Position numbers and translations under genes: made by a program
Shown: positions 11,572-24,219 of the stretch, in pieces
Position numbering within the stretch: position 1 is the stretch's first letter
Layout of the letters: every line of letters begins with the position of its first letter
Source of the DNA: Podarcis liolepis
Lineage: Eukaryota
Assembly (NCBI GenBank): GCA_965112155.1
Contig: OZ218101.1
Reading direction: 5' to 3' (one strand)
DNA length: 64,000 nt
The notes under the pieces: model-generated
What the model was told of the DNA's origin: nothing
What the model saw: only the letters and a program-made list of their open reading frames with translations
Databases searched by the model: none

Positions 11572-14242
11572 GCATTTCAATACACACACAAAAGTTAAGC
11601 CACTCTGTCAAGTGATCAATTTGAATAAAAATCTAGACTGGCTTGTTTTTCTTCTCCTGTTAACGGTACAAATAATCTCTAAGGCACATTTCCCATCAAA
11701 TGAAGAGGCTTATAAGGTAACTTGCGTTAAGTACTACATAAACGGTTTAGTGTTAAGAGAAATTCAAGAATTCCCAGTTTTATGTCGGTACCTCTCCAGC
11801 AGTGCTACTCCAATACAGTATAAGCTGTGTAGTGTATGTACAGCAAGGAAAAAAATAATAATTAAAAAGTTCCAACCTTAAAGCTGTGACCAAGAAAAGC
11901 AAACAGAAACTGTTTCTGTGCACTTCTATGCAATACCCAGGATAGGAATTCAGCAATTTCTACTTGAGGCTCAAAACAGATATAAGTGGTCCTCCAATAT
12001 CTGGATATAAATGAGCTCACCGAAAAGCAGGAACGCTCAATGTCCAACTTCTCTTCACTTATACAACTGCTAAAGTCCAATTATATTTTGTGTCAGTTTG
12101 CCTTTTGAAAGGATCTTTGGAAAAATGTGGGGAGACTAGGAATAAAGGAATCCTCTTAATGGGAGTGCGATGTGTTCTTACAACTATGTCACAAATAATG
12201 ACTTAGGAGTTAACATGGTGTTGCGGAAGGGAGCCACTGAGCCTCTTGGCCAAAGCTTTGCTTTTAGGTTTCATCCCACACGTCAGCTAGGGAGTGGGGT
12301 AAAATGAACCTAGGAGATATTGTTGACATTAAAACTTAACACGCAAAGTTTCAGCCTGAACGGTCTTTTGATGGCCAGGTTATAAACCCTTGAAAATAAG
12401 GACAATGAATGAATGGGAATGTTGAAAGATCCAGATGGTACTAGCTGGTGCCAACGCATTACGGAAAAAACCAAAACTTCATAGCTTATACTGTAACATT
12501 GATTCATGCTCATTTTGTTCACTTAAAAATACTCTTTGGAAAACGTCACAATTCCTACAATCAACTTCGAGGACAATCATTTCTGGTAAAAATAGTTCAT
12601 GGTTTCAAGATGTACTCGGCTCCTCGACTTCAGTGCTAATCTCTACTACTAAAATACACTACTACTTGCTCACGTTACAATCTAACACATATCTTTACAA
12701 TCTTCTATATGCACCATGGGCTTATTCGTCAGTATGCTTCTGAATGCGCCTTAACTTTTAGTGTTCATGCTGCTAGCGTTGTAAACTCAAGATGACAGTG
12801 CAGGTGATACCATAAAACTAACTATACGAAGGCATCTCGATTTTTATCCATCAGGGACTTTAGAATCTCAAGCCACCAATTTCATCAACATTTTAAAAAG
12901 CTCTCTCAAAAAGGGCAAGAGCTGTCCCGTGATGAAGAACCATAGTATACTTTTTTTTTGCTGTGTTTAAAACTCATGATATAAAAGCCATACAGGTTGG
13001 TCACTTTCAAGCGGTAGTCCTAAAAACATTTTGATGGATGTCAATTCCTCTGAAATTATTGGCGCGAATAAGCGTATTTAGGAATAGTGTTCAGTAGGAG
13101 TTCCAACTTTTAAAATTTGCTTTGAATTCTGGTACAGGCACAAAAGATAAGCCACCGGTCCTTTAGTCTAATAATACATTCAAAGCTATCTTTTAAAAAG
13201 TTATAAGCAAAACATAGAACTATAGATATTCACTGGCTATCTGGCTATACTAGTTAGGTATAAAAAAAGTCAACCATTTCAGACTTAAATAAGACTAGGT
13301 GAAGTCAGGAAATTTAGTTTTCATTATTTAAAAATATGAAACAAAAAAACCCACAAAACTGAAAACAGTTAACTTCTTAACCTACTGCTATATATATATT
13401 TTTAAAAAGAAGGCCTAGAATTTGAAAAAAAAAAAGCTAAAATAAGAGGCAACAATCAAGATTCTAATGATTTTTTTGTGTAAAATGAATCAATTATGGT
13501 GCCATAAAATGTGAACAAGCTAATAAAGAGAACTTTTAAGTAGATAATGACGGGCTTAATCCAATAGAAAAATCACGGCTGTGCATATTTCATTCCTTTC
13601 AACGTTGATCAAGCAGCCATAGTGTCTGATGGACTGTGCCCAATAGTAAGATCTCGGCCTTCTTCTGATCCTTATCTCCAAATCCGTATTGACTTCTATT
13701 CCATCAGATACATCATTTTTGGCTTACTGGACCAGTAAGTCATGTTTTTTTTTTGCAGCTTGCCACAGGCAAAAGAGCAAAACTCCAAGCAAAGCATAGC
13801 CAGCTACAAGAAGGGATGTGCAGAGTTGAATTCATAAAACATCTGCATTATTAGGTAAAAGGGCATACAAAACAGATAGCAGGACAAAAGGAATGGCAGT
13901 CATCATCCAAAACAGGGCCCTCGCCACTTCCCCATCCTTCCCTCTCTCCATTACGACCATGTGGAACAGTAGTTGCAACAGCAAAAAAAAAAAGGATAAA
14001 ACAAAACATCTAATTCTTCAGAGTCAACTGTGAAAGAGGTCAGCAGTAAAACAGCAGCGTTTGGACAAGGAGGAACAAAACATTGGATGAAAAAGAATCT
14101 GGAGTATTTTGTTCATTTACTTGTTTTCCTCTCTGATCATAAGCCAAGAAGCCGTTGCCGAACAGGCTTGTTTTCAACATCAGGTACGTGTCTTATCTCC
14201 TTAGATCCTTCCAAGATTTCAAACTCCGTCTCCCTGAGGCCC
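10915..14242 (-). other. YAP1: YAP1 3' UTR (end approximate)
   Basis: AT-rich stretch with no recognisable transposon directly after the stop. Candidate variant poly(A) signal TATAAA at 10942-10937 is followed by a GU/U-rich tract; alternatives are ATTAAA 11225-11220 and AATAAA 10554-10549. Confidence 0.65.
11520..11570. repeat. (TTTC)n microsatellite inside YAP1 3' UTR
   Basis: Direct reading. Confidence 0.95.
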
Positions 14243-14512
<270 letters not shown>

Positions 14513-15231
14513 TCACATTCACCAAAAGAGATCATCTAACGGCATATGAGCTGGAGAAATTTGAGGACTTGGTCCCAACATGGAAGCCAGTGAGCTGCAT
14601 CACATCTCCAAAGACTCTTGACTGACCCGTTCTCTTCATTAACCTTTGCACTCAACATATGGGCAACATAGGTTTTAAGAAGAAAAAACAACAACCTCCA
14701 GTGGCCAGACCTGGAGAAAAGGTAGTGGTGGGCAACCTTTCTGGAAAGCAGCTTGTAAGAAAAGATTAAAATACAAGACAGCATGCAAATCCAGTACATA
14801 AGTGTGTGCCACCCTGCCCTAATTTGTTGTGATTTTGCCGCTAGTCTACAGCGGTATGTGTGAGTCCGCTGCAGCCAGGCCATGGGCCTCTGTGGACAAA
14901 TGCTACACATCCCTGCTGTCTTGTAGAACCATGGGGCAGGCCATTTGCACACCTGGCAGCAAATGCATAGGACAGGTATTTCCCACAGGGATGGTGGGAA
15001 CCACTCTATGAGTAACGGACTCATATTCACAATTCAGTCAAAGATTCGCATCAACCTTAATATTAAATTATATATGATGCATTGTTTAAAAAATATTTTA
15101 AAAATATTTAAGCAAACAAACAAAAGCCAGAAGCAAGATTACCTACTGTAAACCTCCAGCAAAGGGTCAACCCACCTCCTCCTAGGCAACTGTTTCCCTT
15201 ATTAAACTGCTCTTATCATTAAAAACCTTTA

Positions 15232-15483
<252 letters not shown>

Positions 15484-15719
15484 TCATCTTAGTTTTAACC
15501 AAGAACACTGAAGCACTCATTACCCCGAAGCATAAAGGCAAGTTTAATTCTGTTCTCATGTTTTTTAAAAAGAGAGATTACAAAAAACGGAAAAGAAAAC
15601 TCTTTGGCTTCTCGATTCTGCGCGGAATATTCAATCCTGCAACAACAACAAAAGCACATGCATCGATGAGGCAAGTCTCCCTTCAGTAGAAGTACGGACT
15701 TGGCAAAGAACTCTTAACT

Positions 15720-16450
15720 TCTGGCTCCGTCTAAACTCAAATCCCCCCGGTTTACTATCCCTAGTACTTCAAGACTCCCATAAAAGTGCCTGGCTTAAAA
15801 CCGTCTATCAAAAACTTCACTCTTGTGGCCTATCCCTACAACACCTACTCACTATGGGCCCTACTAAAGCAAACAGTCTAATTGGTCAACGTCTAAACGA
15901 TATCGAGCAGCAGAACAACCTGGCCACTAGAAGGAAATTCAGCCCTTGGTTTTCCACCTCTCCATTTTGATTCTCTAGCCCCATATCTGCACAAACTTAT
16001 TATCCCAAAATACAGACGTGCTTTTACACTTGCAAGACTGGATGTTTTGCCATCTGCGGTACTTGAGGGTTGATTCCAAAAGATCCCGCCTGAGAAATGC
16101 CTTTGCCCCTATGGAGATGGTAGCACCGAAACAGCGGCACACGTCCTCCTGTCTTGTACTCTTTACAAAGACCTGAGGAACAAGATCATCACCCCACTCG
16201 TACTAACCATCCCAGAGCACTCAACCACTGCCACCATGTCCTTTCTTCTATTAGATCAAAATGAGCAGATAACAACAAAGGTTGCTAGGTTCATAGCAGG
16301 GACAATCAGAATAAGGGCCACTAACTGACTGCTGATTCAGGACTTTAAATTGTGCTCTTATATCCAATTTCCTTTTCTGCGTATACTGTAATGTTTTACT
16401 GTTGCTATGCAAATAAAGTTTTATCTACCTACCTACCTATCTATCTATCA
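15720..16450 (+). mobile_element. RTE-X-like LINE 3' fragment
   Basis: Decayed frame PYLHKLIIPKYRRAFTLARLDVLPSAVLEG*FQKIPPEKCLCPYGDGSTETAAHVLLSCTLYKDLR (CCHC-like C-terminus), then AATAAA and (CTAC/CTAT)n tail. Confidence 0.78.
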
Positions 16451-17432
16451 CATGCATCCATGCCTAAAGCAAACACCAAAAAGGACCCGGCATTTTTTGG
16501 AACAATTTGTTCAGGCTGTTCAAGTGAAATATCCAGCCCCAAGTTTTTTTGCTATTGTTGTAGATACAGTTTGGTCAAGGTATGGTACCTGTGATGATGG
16601 GGAGAGGCAGGTTTGGGATGTGGATTTCATAACTGGTTAGAGATTGTGAACCAAAAAGAGAGGTGAGGGGTAGAAGGGGGGGTTCCCTGAGAAGGGAAAT
16701 GAGGCTGGTAATTGGTGTGGGGACACAGATCTCTTCCTGGGATCCTTAGGATATGCCAGCACTTTATGTATTTCTGTAAAAAATAACTGATATTTCACAT
16801 ATACCAGGCCTAAGTAGCACCCCCTCCAATTAAAAAAGGTTCCCAAATGTGTGTGTAACACATTTAAGACACGCGGGACAGATTTCAAGTAACAAAAAGG
16901 CCTGCACCAGACTCTCAGAATGCTCAGGCTTCAGGATGCTGTAGCAGAAGGAAAATGAGACCAAGTCAATGTGGCTTGGGAGTTATTTAACAAAGTGATT
17001 CTACTAGTGCAAGGACTGTAGGCTCCCCTTCCTTCTCATCTCCCATTCTTCCCCTAAATCTGTTCTGGGTTCCTACCACTTTCTGGTGCAGATTCGGGGA
17101 GGTGCGCAGAGAAGATGAACGGAACCTCTGTTGCGCATCTGAAAGTCCTTGCGCTGGTGGAAGCATTTGGTTGGATGCCAGCCGAGAAGTGGGCAATGTG
17201 CTTACTTTTGCTACGTAGAGGGGACAGAGCCAGACTGGTGGGATCACTCCCTCCCACAGGACCCTAAAGCACGTATTGTGAGGCTGCCGCAACTCAGTGT
17301 AGCCCCACCTACAGTGATGGAATGTGAAAAGCTGCCCAAAAGCCAAGCGGGAGAAGGAAGCAGTCAGAGAAAAGGATGCCATTCCCTCCTACACCCCCCA
17401 ACTCTCAAATCCTTGCTTAGAGCCACCTGACA

Positions 17433-17440
17433 AGAGAGAG

Positions 17441-17507
<67 letters not shown>

Positions 17508-17545
17508 AGGAAGGAAGGAAGGAAGGAGGTGGCAGAGAGAGAGAA
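17433..17545. repeat. Compound (GA)n(GGCA)n(GGAA)n microsatellite
   Basis: Direct reading. Confidence 0.95.
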
Positions 17546-18548
17546 AAGGGAAGACTCAACATCTTTTCGTAGAAAAAAAAGGTCTTCTATCCCTGAACTA
17601 AATAATGCAAAAATGGCTTGTAGACCTTTCAACACACACATGAAATGTTATAAGCTACAATATCCACATTTATGCTCTGGAGTTATTCACCATAGCAGGA
17701 GTACATTGTAACATAGACCAGCGACAGAAAGTCTGTATATTCAGTCGTAATGAATATAATCTGCACATCCTGTGTGTGGGAAGGAAGATTAAGGCAACAA
17801 TTTACACTGTCCTGGCATCTGGTACTGCCAACGTCCTATAGTCAATGAAATCGATTAGGCTGTTGAGACACCAGGAAGTTCTACTGAAATATATGCAAAT
17901 GTGGTTATGACTGAGAAAACTTATATCAGGCCTCTGAATGTCATGTCCTCAGTGTAAGACGTCAGGAGAAAACTTATATACATATATCCCCAGTTTTTCT
18001 GAGCTCCTCAAATCTATATATTTACCGTTTTCAAGCATATCTTTGCAACAATGAGGGCTAGGAACATTTCTTTAAAAATAGATGCAGAAAACAGTTCACA
18101 AGGATCTATCTAAACAGGCTTCACAAATGAATGCCCAAAAAAAAGCCCTGTTAGCCTGTAACCTCTGCAACTTGATATGTAAAAACCTTATCACTGTTTC
18201 CTCTGTAAATGCTACAAAGGATAAAAATAGAACCAGGGCTGCTGCAGAAACTCCTTAAAGTGAGCCCAACGTTAGATCTCATTGCTAAACTTTTGAAAAG
18301 CTTTTCTGAGTCAGTAATTCTAAACGGCTGTTCATCAATTGACTTGTGCCGGGGCAAACATGTTATGACTTTGAAGACGAACCCTTCCTACAAGTCTGAA
18401 CAGTTGACTTCCTCCCGCAGGAGACAGCTTTTAATCCTCAACTTAAAAAACAAAGCAAAACAAAACAAAATCTGGACTTTCCATTTAAGGAAAGATTCAT
18501 TTACAGCTGTGGTTCTTGGAAAAGACAGATGTTCCAAACAGACGATTA

Positions 18549-19037
<489 letters not shown>

Positions 19038-21509
19038 CTAGTCTAGAATTCTGCATCTCATCTCAGAGCTGCATTTGGTTCAGAGCTACACATACATATT
19101 CCAAGTAAATCTGATGCAAATTGCCAAGGGAAGGCAAGGAAGGTGATCCTGAGATGGAACTGTGGAGTCAACCGGTTCTAACGACACAAAATACAGTTTA
19201 GCAGTGGAGGCACACATTCATTGTGATTTATTCACTTCCAGGAAGCGCATGTCTGCCTATTTAGCCAATGGCAGGCAGGCAGGCTGCGGCACTAGCAAAA
19301 CCCTTTCCCTTAAAGAGGAGATATTTCCAGGGGGCTCTGAGTAATTTTTTTCTCTGAAAAAAAAATTGGTAGACCATGTAAGTTTGAGAACCTCTGCCCT
19401 AGCCACTCATTGAACTGCTATGTTATAGGCGCCTGGAAGTTAAAATTGCTGGGGTTCTGGTTTAATAATTCCCACTTGAAACAAATGTGGAAAATTTCAA
19501 GAGCAGCAGCAGTAGCCAATGTGGTGCTCTTCAAATGTTGCTCTGTGATTTTCTAACACCAATTCCTAATGTGTACAATATCCTCTGTTTTTAGTATTTT
19601 CGGGGAGGGGGTGAACCTTAGGCAGCAGTATTCATTATTCTGGGAATAACTGAACTCAATGGGGCTTACTTCTGAGTAGACATATATAGGATTGCACTGC
19701 TGGGAAATGTATGATACATTTTTATTTCAATACAGTACTTCAAAAGCATATTGGAAAGGTTCAGATTTTTGTCCTTGTTTCAAAAATATATACTATTCTA
19801 TATATAAAAAGTAACATCTGAAAAAAAAATCTGGCTGAAAACTATTTTTATTTCATTGCTTTTTTAAAAATAAAAAACCCTATGTCAAACTTTTCTAACG
19901 GCCCTTGGGAAAGAAAGAGACTTAACACTCATTGTTAGTACAAAATTCTAATTTTGGATATTGAAAAATGAGCCAAAACAATCCATCAACTCCTTAGAGA
20001 AGCTACTCTAAAAATGAGGTTAGCTTTCTGAAAACTATCCAGTTGGTCTCTTAAAGGCATTTAGTTGTGTGTTTTTCTCTCTCTCTCAAGAGTCAGAAGG
20101 TCTACATAACTTCACTGCTTGTCCCTAAATGTGAAATCCTTAGCTTGGTTTTTAAAAAGGAGGGGTATCAAGCATCTTCTAAACATTTCCTTCACTCAAA
20201 ATTTCATTTTCTGGCATTCCAGTTCTGGCTTCTTGTACATTCATTAATAGATGCTACAAAAATGTGCACAAATGTCACAAGTAAAACACTTCACAGGATC
20301 AAATTCCCATGCTTCACTCAAGCTCAGCCATTAAATAAGAAAGTGTTTGGCAGTGGGCAATGCTAAAGCCCCATCTGAGCCACACCAGGAACCAAATTAG
20401 AACTCTGGAAAAAAATCTACCCCAACAGCGAAGAAGTGAGCCTTCAAAATATGGCTTGCTGTTTGTTTTGGGGGTAGCTGACAAATCCAATTCAAACCCT
20501 CCCCCCTTAATATTTGCTTTAAAGGATGGAATGTATTGCATATGTAACAACTGCTATTTTTAAAGTACCTATCTTAGTAATTAATATGTGCGATCCCATT
20601 AAACTACTGTACTGTATCTTCCTCAGTTTGTCGGCGTCTAATTTCACTCAGTTTTTCCAGCTCAACTTAATCAAAGGTTTTTCTATAGCCACTTCTGCAT
20701 AGAAAGAAGGTAGGCGAAGTCCAATTTCCAAATAATGTGTCTGAAAGATTTTGGCTGCTGGAACACTTGCTAAAAGGGTTCTCTATTACAGTAACTCTGG
20801 ATTCTTTAACGGTGCTGTTGTATATAAACGGACAAATCATTTATGGCCCAGCCAAAAACCAGGATTAACCATTCCCAAAATAGTTTTTCAATATTGGTTG
20901 TGCTTTTCACATGCTCCACCACAGGTGGAGAGGAAAAATCACATCGGGCAGCCTGACATTTCCAGCACCAGAAAACAGTGCTATGATGCAGCCTATTAAG
21001 TTTTGATGGCATCAGATACCATCTATATAACACTTTTATATTTACTGGTTACTTCTATTGTAGTGAAGGAGACATTCTATTCAAAGCGCTTATGGCAATG
21101 AACACATAATTTATATCATTCCCATAAATGCTCTGGAATCACAATTCTTAAATCTTTGCACCACTGGATATTAAAAATTACTGCTCATCTTTGCAAATTC
21201 ATCAACATACTTTCTAGGACTTAAGCAGGCTCCTTACATTTCCATTCCTAGTAATTTTTCACAATGGGACACCGGACACAACCCATAGTGATTTTTGCAG
21301 GAAGTAATCTCAAAAGCTGGCAGGAACCGCTTATATGGTTCTATTGCCATATTCCCTGCAGGAACAAGGATGCAAAAACCAAATGCAAAACATTTTTCTA
21401 TCAGCATATAGCAACATATAAATTCTCACCATCAAGACAAATAACAGGTGATATTAAGATGGGCTTTAACAATAAGCTGTCTTCACAAACCTTAATAAAA
21501 ACATCAACA

Positions 21510-22290
21510 ACAACAATTTCCCTTGCTTATCCTTCACCATAGGGTCCCAGGGCGAGTTACAAAAACAACATAGAAATACAAGTTTAAAATCAGTTAAAAC
21601 AATTTACAACCAGAAGGAGAGGTCCTAAAATCTCTGTTGTCATAGAACAGGATCAGGTCGTGCATCTTAGAATCATGCAACAAAAGCTGTACAGTGAAGT
21701 TGCCAGACGTACCTTTGAGGGGAGAGATCTTGTGGGCTTCTACAGAGAATGCCCTTCCCTGGGCTACCAACCCCTCTACTTTGAGGGAACTCAGCGGAAG
21801 AGGTGGTCTTTCAAATATTTGGGGGCTATGTCTTTAGGCTTTGCAACACTAATTAATTTGAGGACGTTGAATTGGACCCAGAAACAAACTGGCAAACTAT
21901 TATAGATGTTTTGAAACAAGTTATAATAATAATAGCAATAATTTATTATTTATACCCCGCCCATCTGGCTGGGTTTCCCCAGCCACTCTGGGCGGCTTCC
22001 AACAAAATATTAAAAATACAATAAAACATTGGACATTAAAAACTTCCCTAAAAAGTTGTGCAAGTTCTAAATGGGGTCCGAGCTCGTAATCTCGAATTTT
22101 GGATCAGTTGAAATTTCCGAGTCATTGTCCTGGGCAGCCTCAAAGGGAGTGTGCTGCAACAATCTGATGTGGAAGTTGCCATTGCATAGAATACTGTGGC
22201 CAAGTCACCTCTGTCCAAAGACGACCTAGCTAGTGAACCAGCTGTAGATGGAAACAGGCACTCCCAACTAGTGACTATGTTTGAATGATA
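21510..22290 (-). mobile_element. L2 LINE fragments (old copy interrupted by a younger 3' tail at ~21925-22050)
   Basis: DLATVFYAMATSTSDCCSTLPLRLPRTMTRKFQLIQN resembles the L2 ORF2 DLATV.HALVTSRLDYCN...LQLVQN motif. Confidence 0.65.
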
Positions 22291-22936
22291 CAAGTACTTT
22301 CATGCTAGTAGGAACCTATTCCTTTAAGGGGAGCGCAACCCTATCCAGAACAAGCAGTCTACCCAACCTTTCAGACTCAAGAACATGAAAAACATAACAA
22401 CTTCTTCCTTATCAAGATTCAGATTCAATCTGCCCTATTCAATAATTATCCAACAGGTGTGCAAGGAAGGGAGCTTTTCCTCCCTAAGAAATAGCCTCTG
22501 CAGAGGGGGGAAAGTGCTGAAAGCCTACTTCTCAACAGGAAGTGATCTAGATTCCACCTTGGTTGAAGGACTGGCCAAATGCGTGTTCTAGAGAAGTTTA
22601 TGCTCTATTTTGTCAAAGGAATCATGAGATCACACAACAGAATAAAGCAAGTGCATATGGAATTGATTTACAGCAGTGTTTATCACGGCATACAGAACAC
22701 TAACCAATTCTATAAATAAGCCAACTGTAGGTATGTATCAAACTTTATTTTACTTTTTATGTGTCTGAATGCTGCAAGGAATACAGTTGCCAAAAATGAA
22801 TGGAATCTTCCAAATTACTTTCGGCAGAACTGCAGAAGACTCTCATTTCCCATAGAATTGGATTATTTAAATTTGATCCAAAATAAATCCATCCCACTAA
22901 TGGCCCTAAATCTTTTTAATGCTTTTTTTTCTAAGC

Positions 22937-23072
22937 CAGGCACCCCAAAACTCGGCCTTCCAGATGTTTTGGGACTACAACTCCCATCATCCCTAGCTAA
23001 CAGGACCAGTGGTCAGGGATGATGGGAACTGTAGTCCCAAAACATCTGGAGGGCCGAGTTTGGGGGTGCCTG
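22937..23072. mobile_element. 136-bp palindromic hAT MITE
   Basis: Near-perfect hairpin CAGGCACCCC...GGGGTGCCTG; perfect TSD TTCTAAGC. Confidence 0.92.
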
Positions 23073-23332
23073 TTCTAAGCAGTGGCCCCTCTCTCATACT
23101 GGTGGCCTATTTGCCCTGAAAGCAGCTGAACAGAGTTTCAGGGTTTGTCTGCATTTGAACACTAGCAGATTATTTCAGAGGACTGAGGTTCAATAAATGA
23201 GGCCCAGATTCTACAGGATCATGTTATAGCCACACCCTTTTCCAGCATCACTGGGCTAGTTCTCAAGTCTTAAGACAACAAGCCAGTGATTGGCTAGTGC
23301 TAAAAAAAACTGCTCATACCAATAGTCTACTC

Positions 23333-24219
23333 CAGTGTTTCCCAAACGTTTTTGGGCAACGGCACACCTGTTTACCGGAAAAAAATCTCGCGGCACACCA
23401 CCATTAAAGCCCCGCCCCGTGACGTCAGCGCGCAGCGTCACGCCGGGAGGGACGCACAAAAGTCAAAGTTTTTTCCCTCCCCGCGAAGCAACGAAAGAGG
23501 GCGCCTCAACACCGGGAGGTGGGCAGGGAGCGGGGGGAGCGGCCAGACGGGCTCCGCTGGGGGACTTTCGGCTGCCGGAGGCGGGGAAGGGGCGGCTGCA
23601 GCGGACCCGGAAGTGGTTGCGCCCATCGGGGGCGGTGGGAGCGCGCCGTGCGGGTTGGTGGGTGGGGGAAGGAGAGGAAGAGGAGGGGGCGGCGGCGGCG
23701 GCCGGAGGCTGGACGGATCCGCGCAGGGACGGCGCGCGAGCCGGGAGGAGGCGCGAAGAAGGAGGCAAGGCGAGAGCAGTGCGGCTCGGGATGCATTCGG
23801 ACTGCCGGCTGCTGCGCCCGAGACGCGGGGTATGGTGAGCAGCCCGGAGCGCCCGCTCCCCCGGGGGACCCGGCCGGCGCTGGCCTCCCTCCTCCTCCTC
23901 CTGTTGCTGCTCAGGCGGGACGCGGCGGCGCAGAAAGGTGCGTGCGGGAGCCCCGCCGGGAGGGGAGGGACCAGAGCCTTCCCGCCTTTCTTGCTTGGCG
24001 CCCACCCAAAAGCCCGCCGGGTTTTCGCGCCTTCCTCCAGTAGGCCGGCCGAAGCGAGCGGCGATGGGATGTGGGAGCTCGCTCGCTCGCCGCCCCGCGT
24101 GTGCTCGCCGCCGCCGCCCCGCCTCTCGCCGCCCGCCTCGCCCGCCTCCCTCCCACGGCACACCAGCCGGTGTCTCACGGCACACTAGTGTGCCGCGGAA
24201 CACCGGTTGGGAAACACTG
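23333..24219. mobile_element. Non-autonomous hAT (Charlie/Buster-like) element with GC-rich cargo, copy B, in YAP1 intron 6
   Basis: TIRs CAGTGTTTCCCAA...TTGGGAAACACTG; perfect 8-bp TSD GTCTACTC (23325-23332, 24220-24227); arms match copy A; no transposase. Confidence 0.93.
23832..23937 (+). pseudogene. Captured signal-peptide-coding first exon fragment (DCBLD2-like) inside the hAT element
   Basis: ATG...MVSSPERPLPRGTRPALASLLLLLLLLRRDAAAQK+G then AAG|GTGCGT phase-1 donor; Leu8 core and AAA-Q cleavage-like site. Gene identity is from recalled similarity only. Confidence 0.55.

Noticed and set aside
16590-16799. Possible second solo LTR (TGTGA...TCACA)
   Set aside because: TSD is offset/imperfect and promoter or poly(A) signals are unconvincing.
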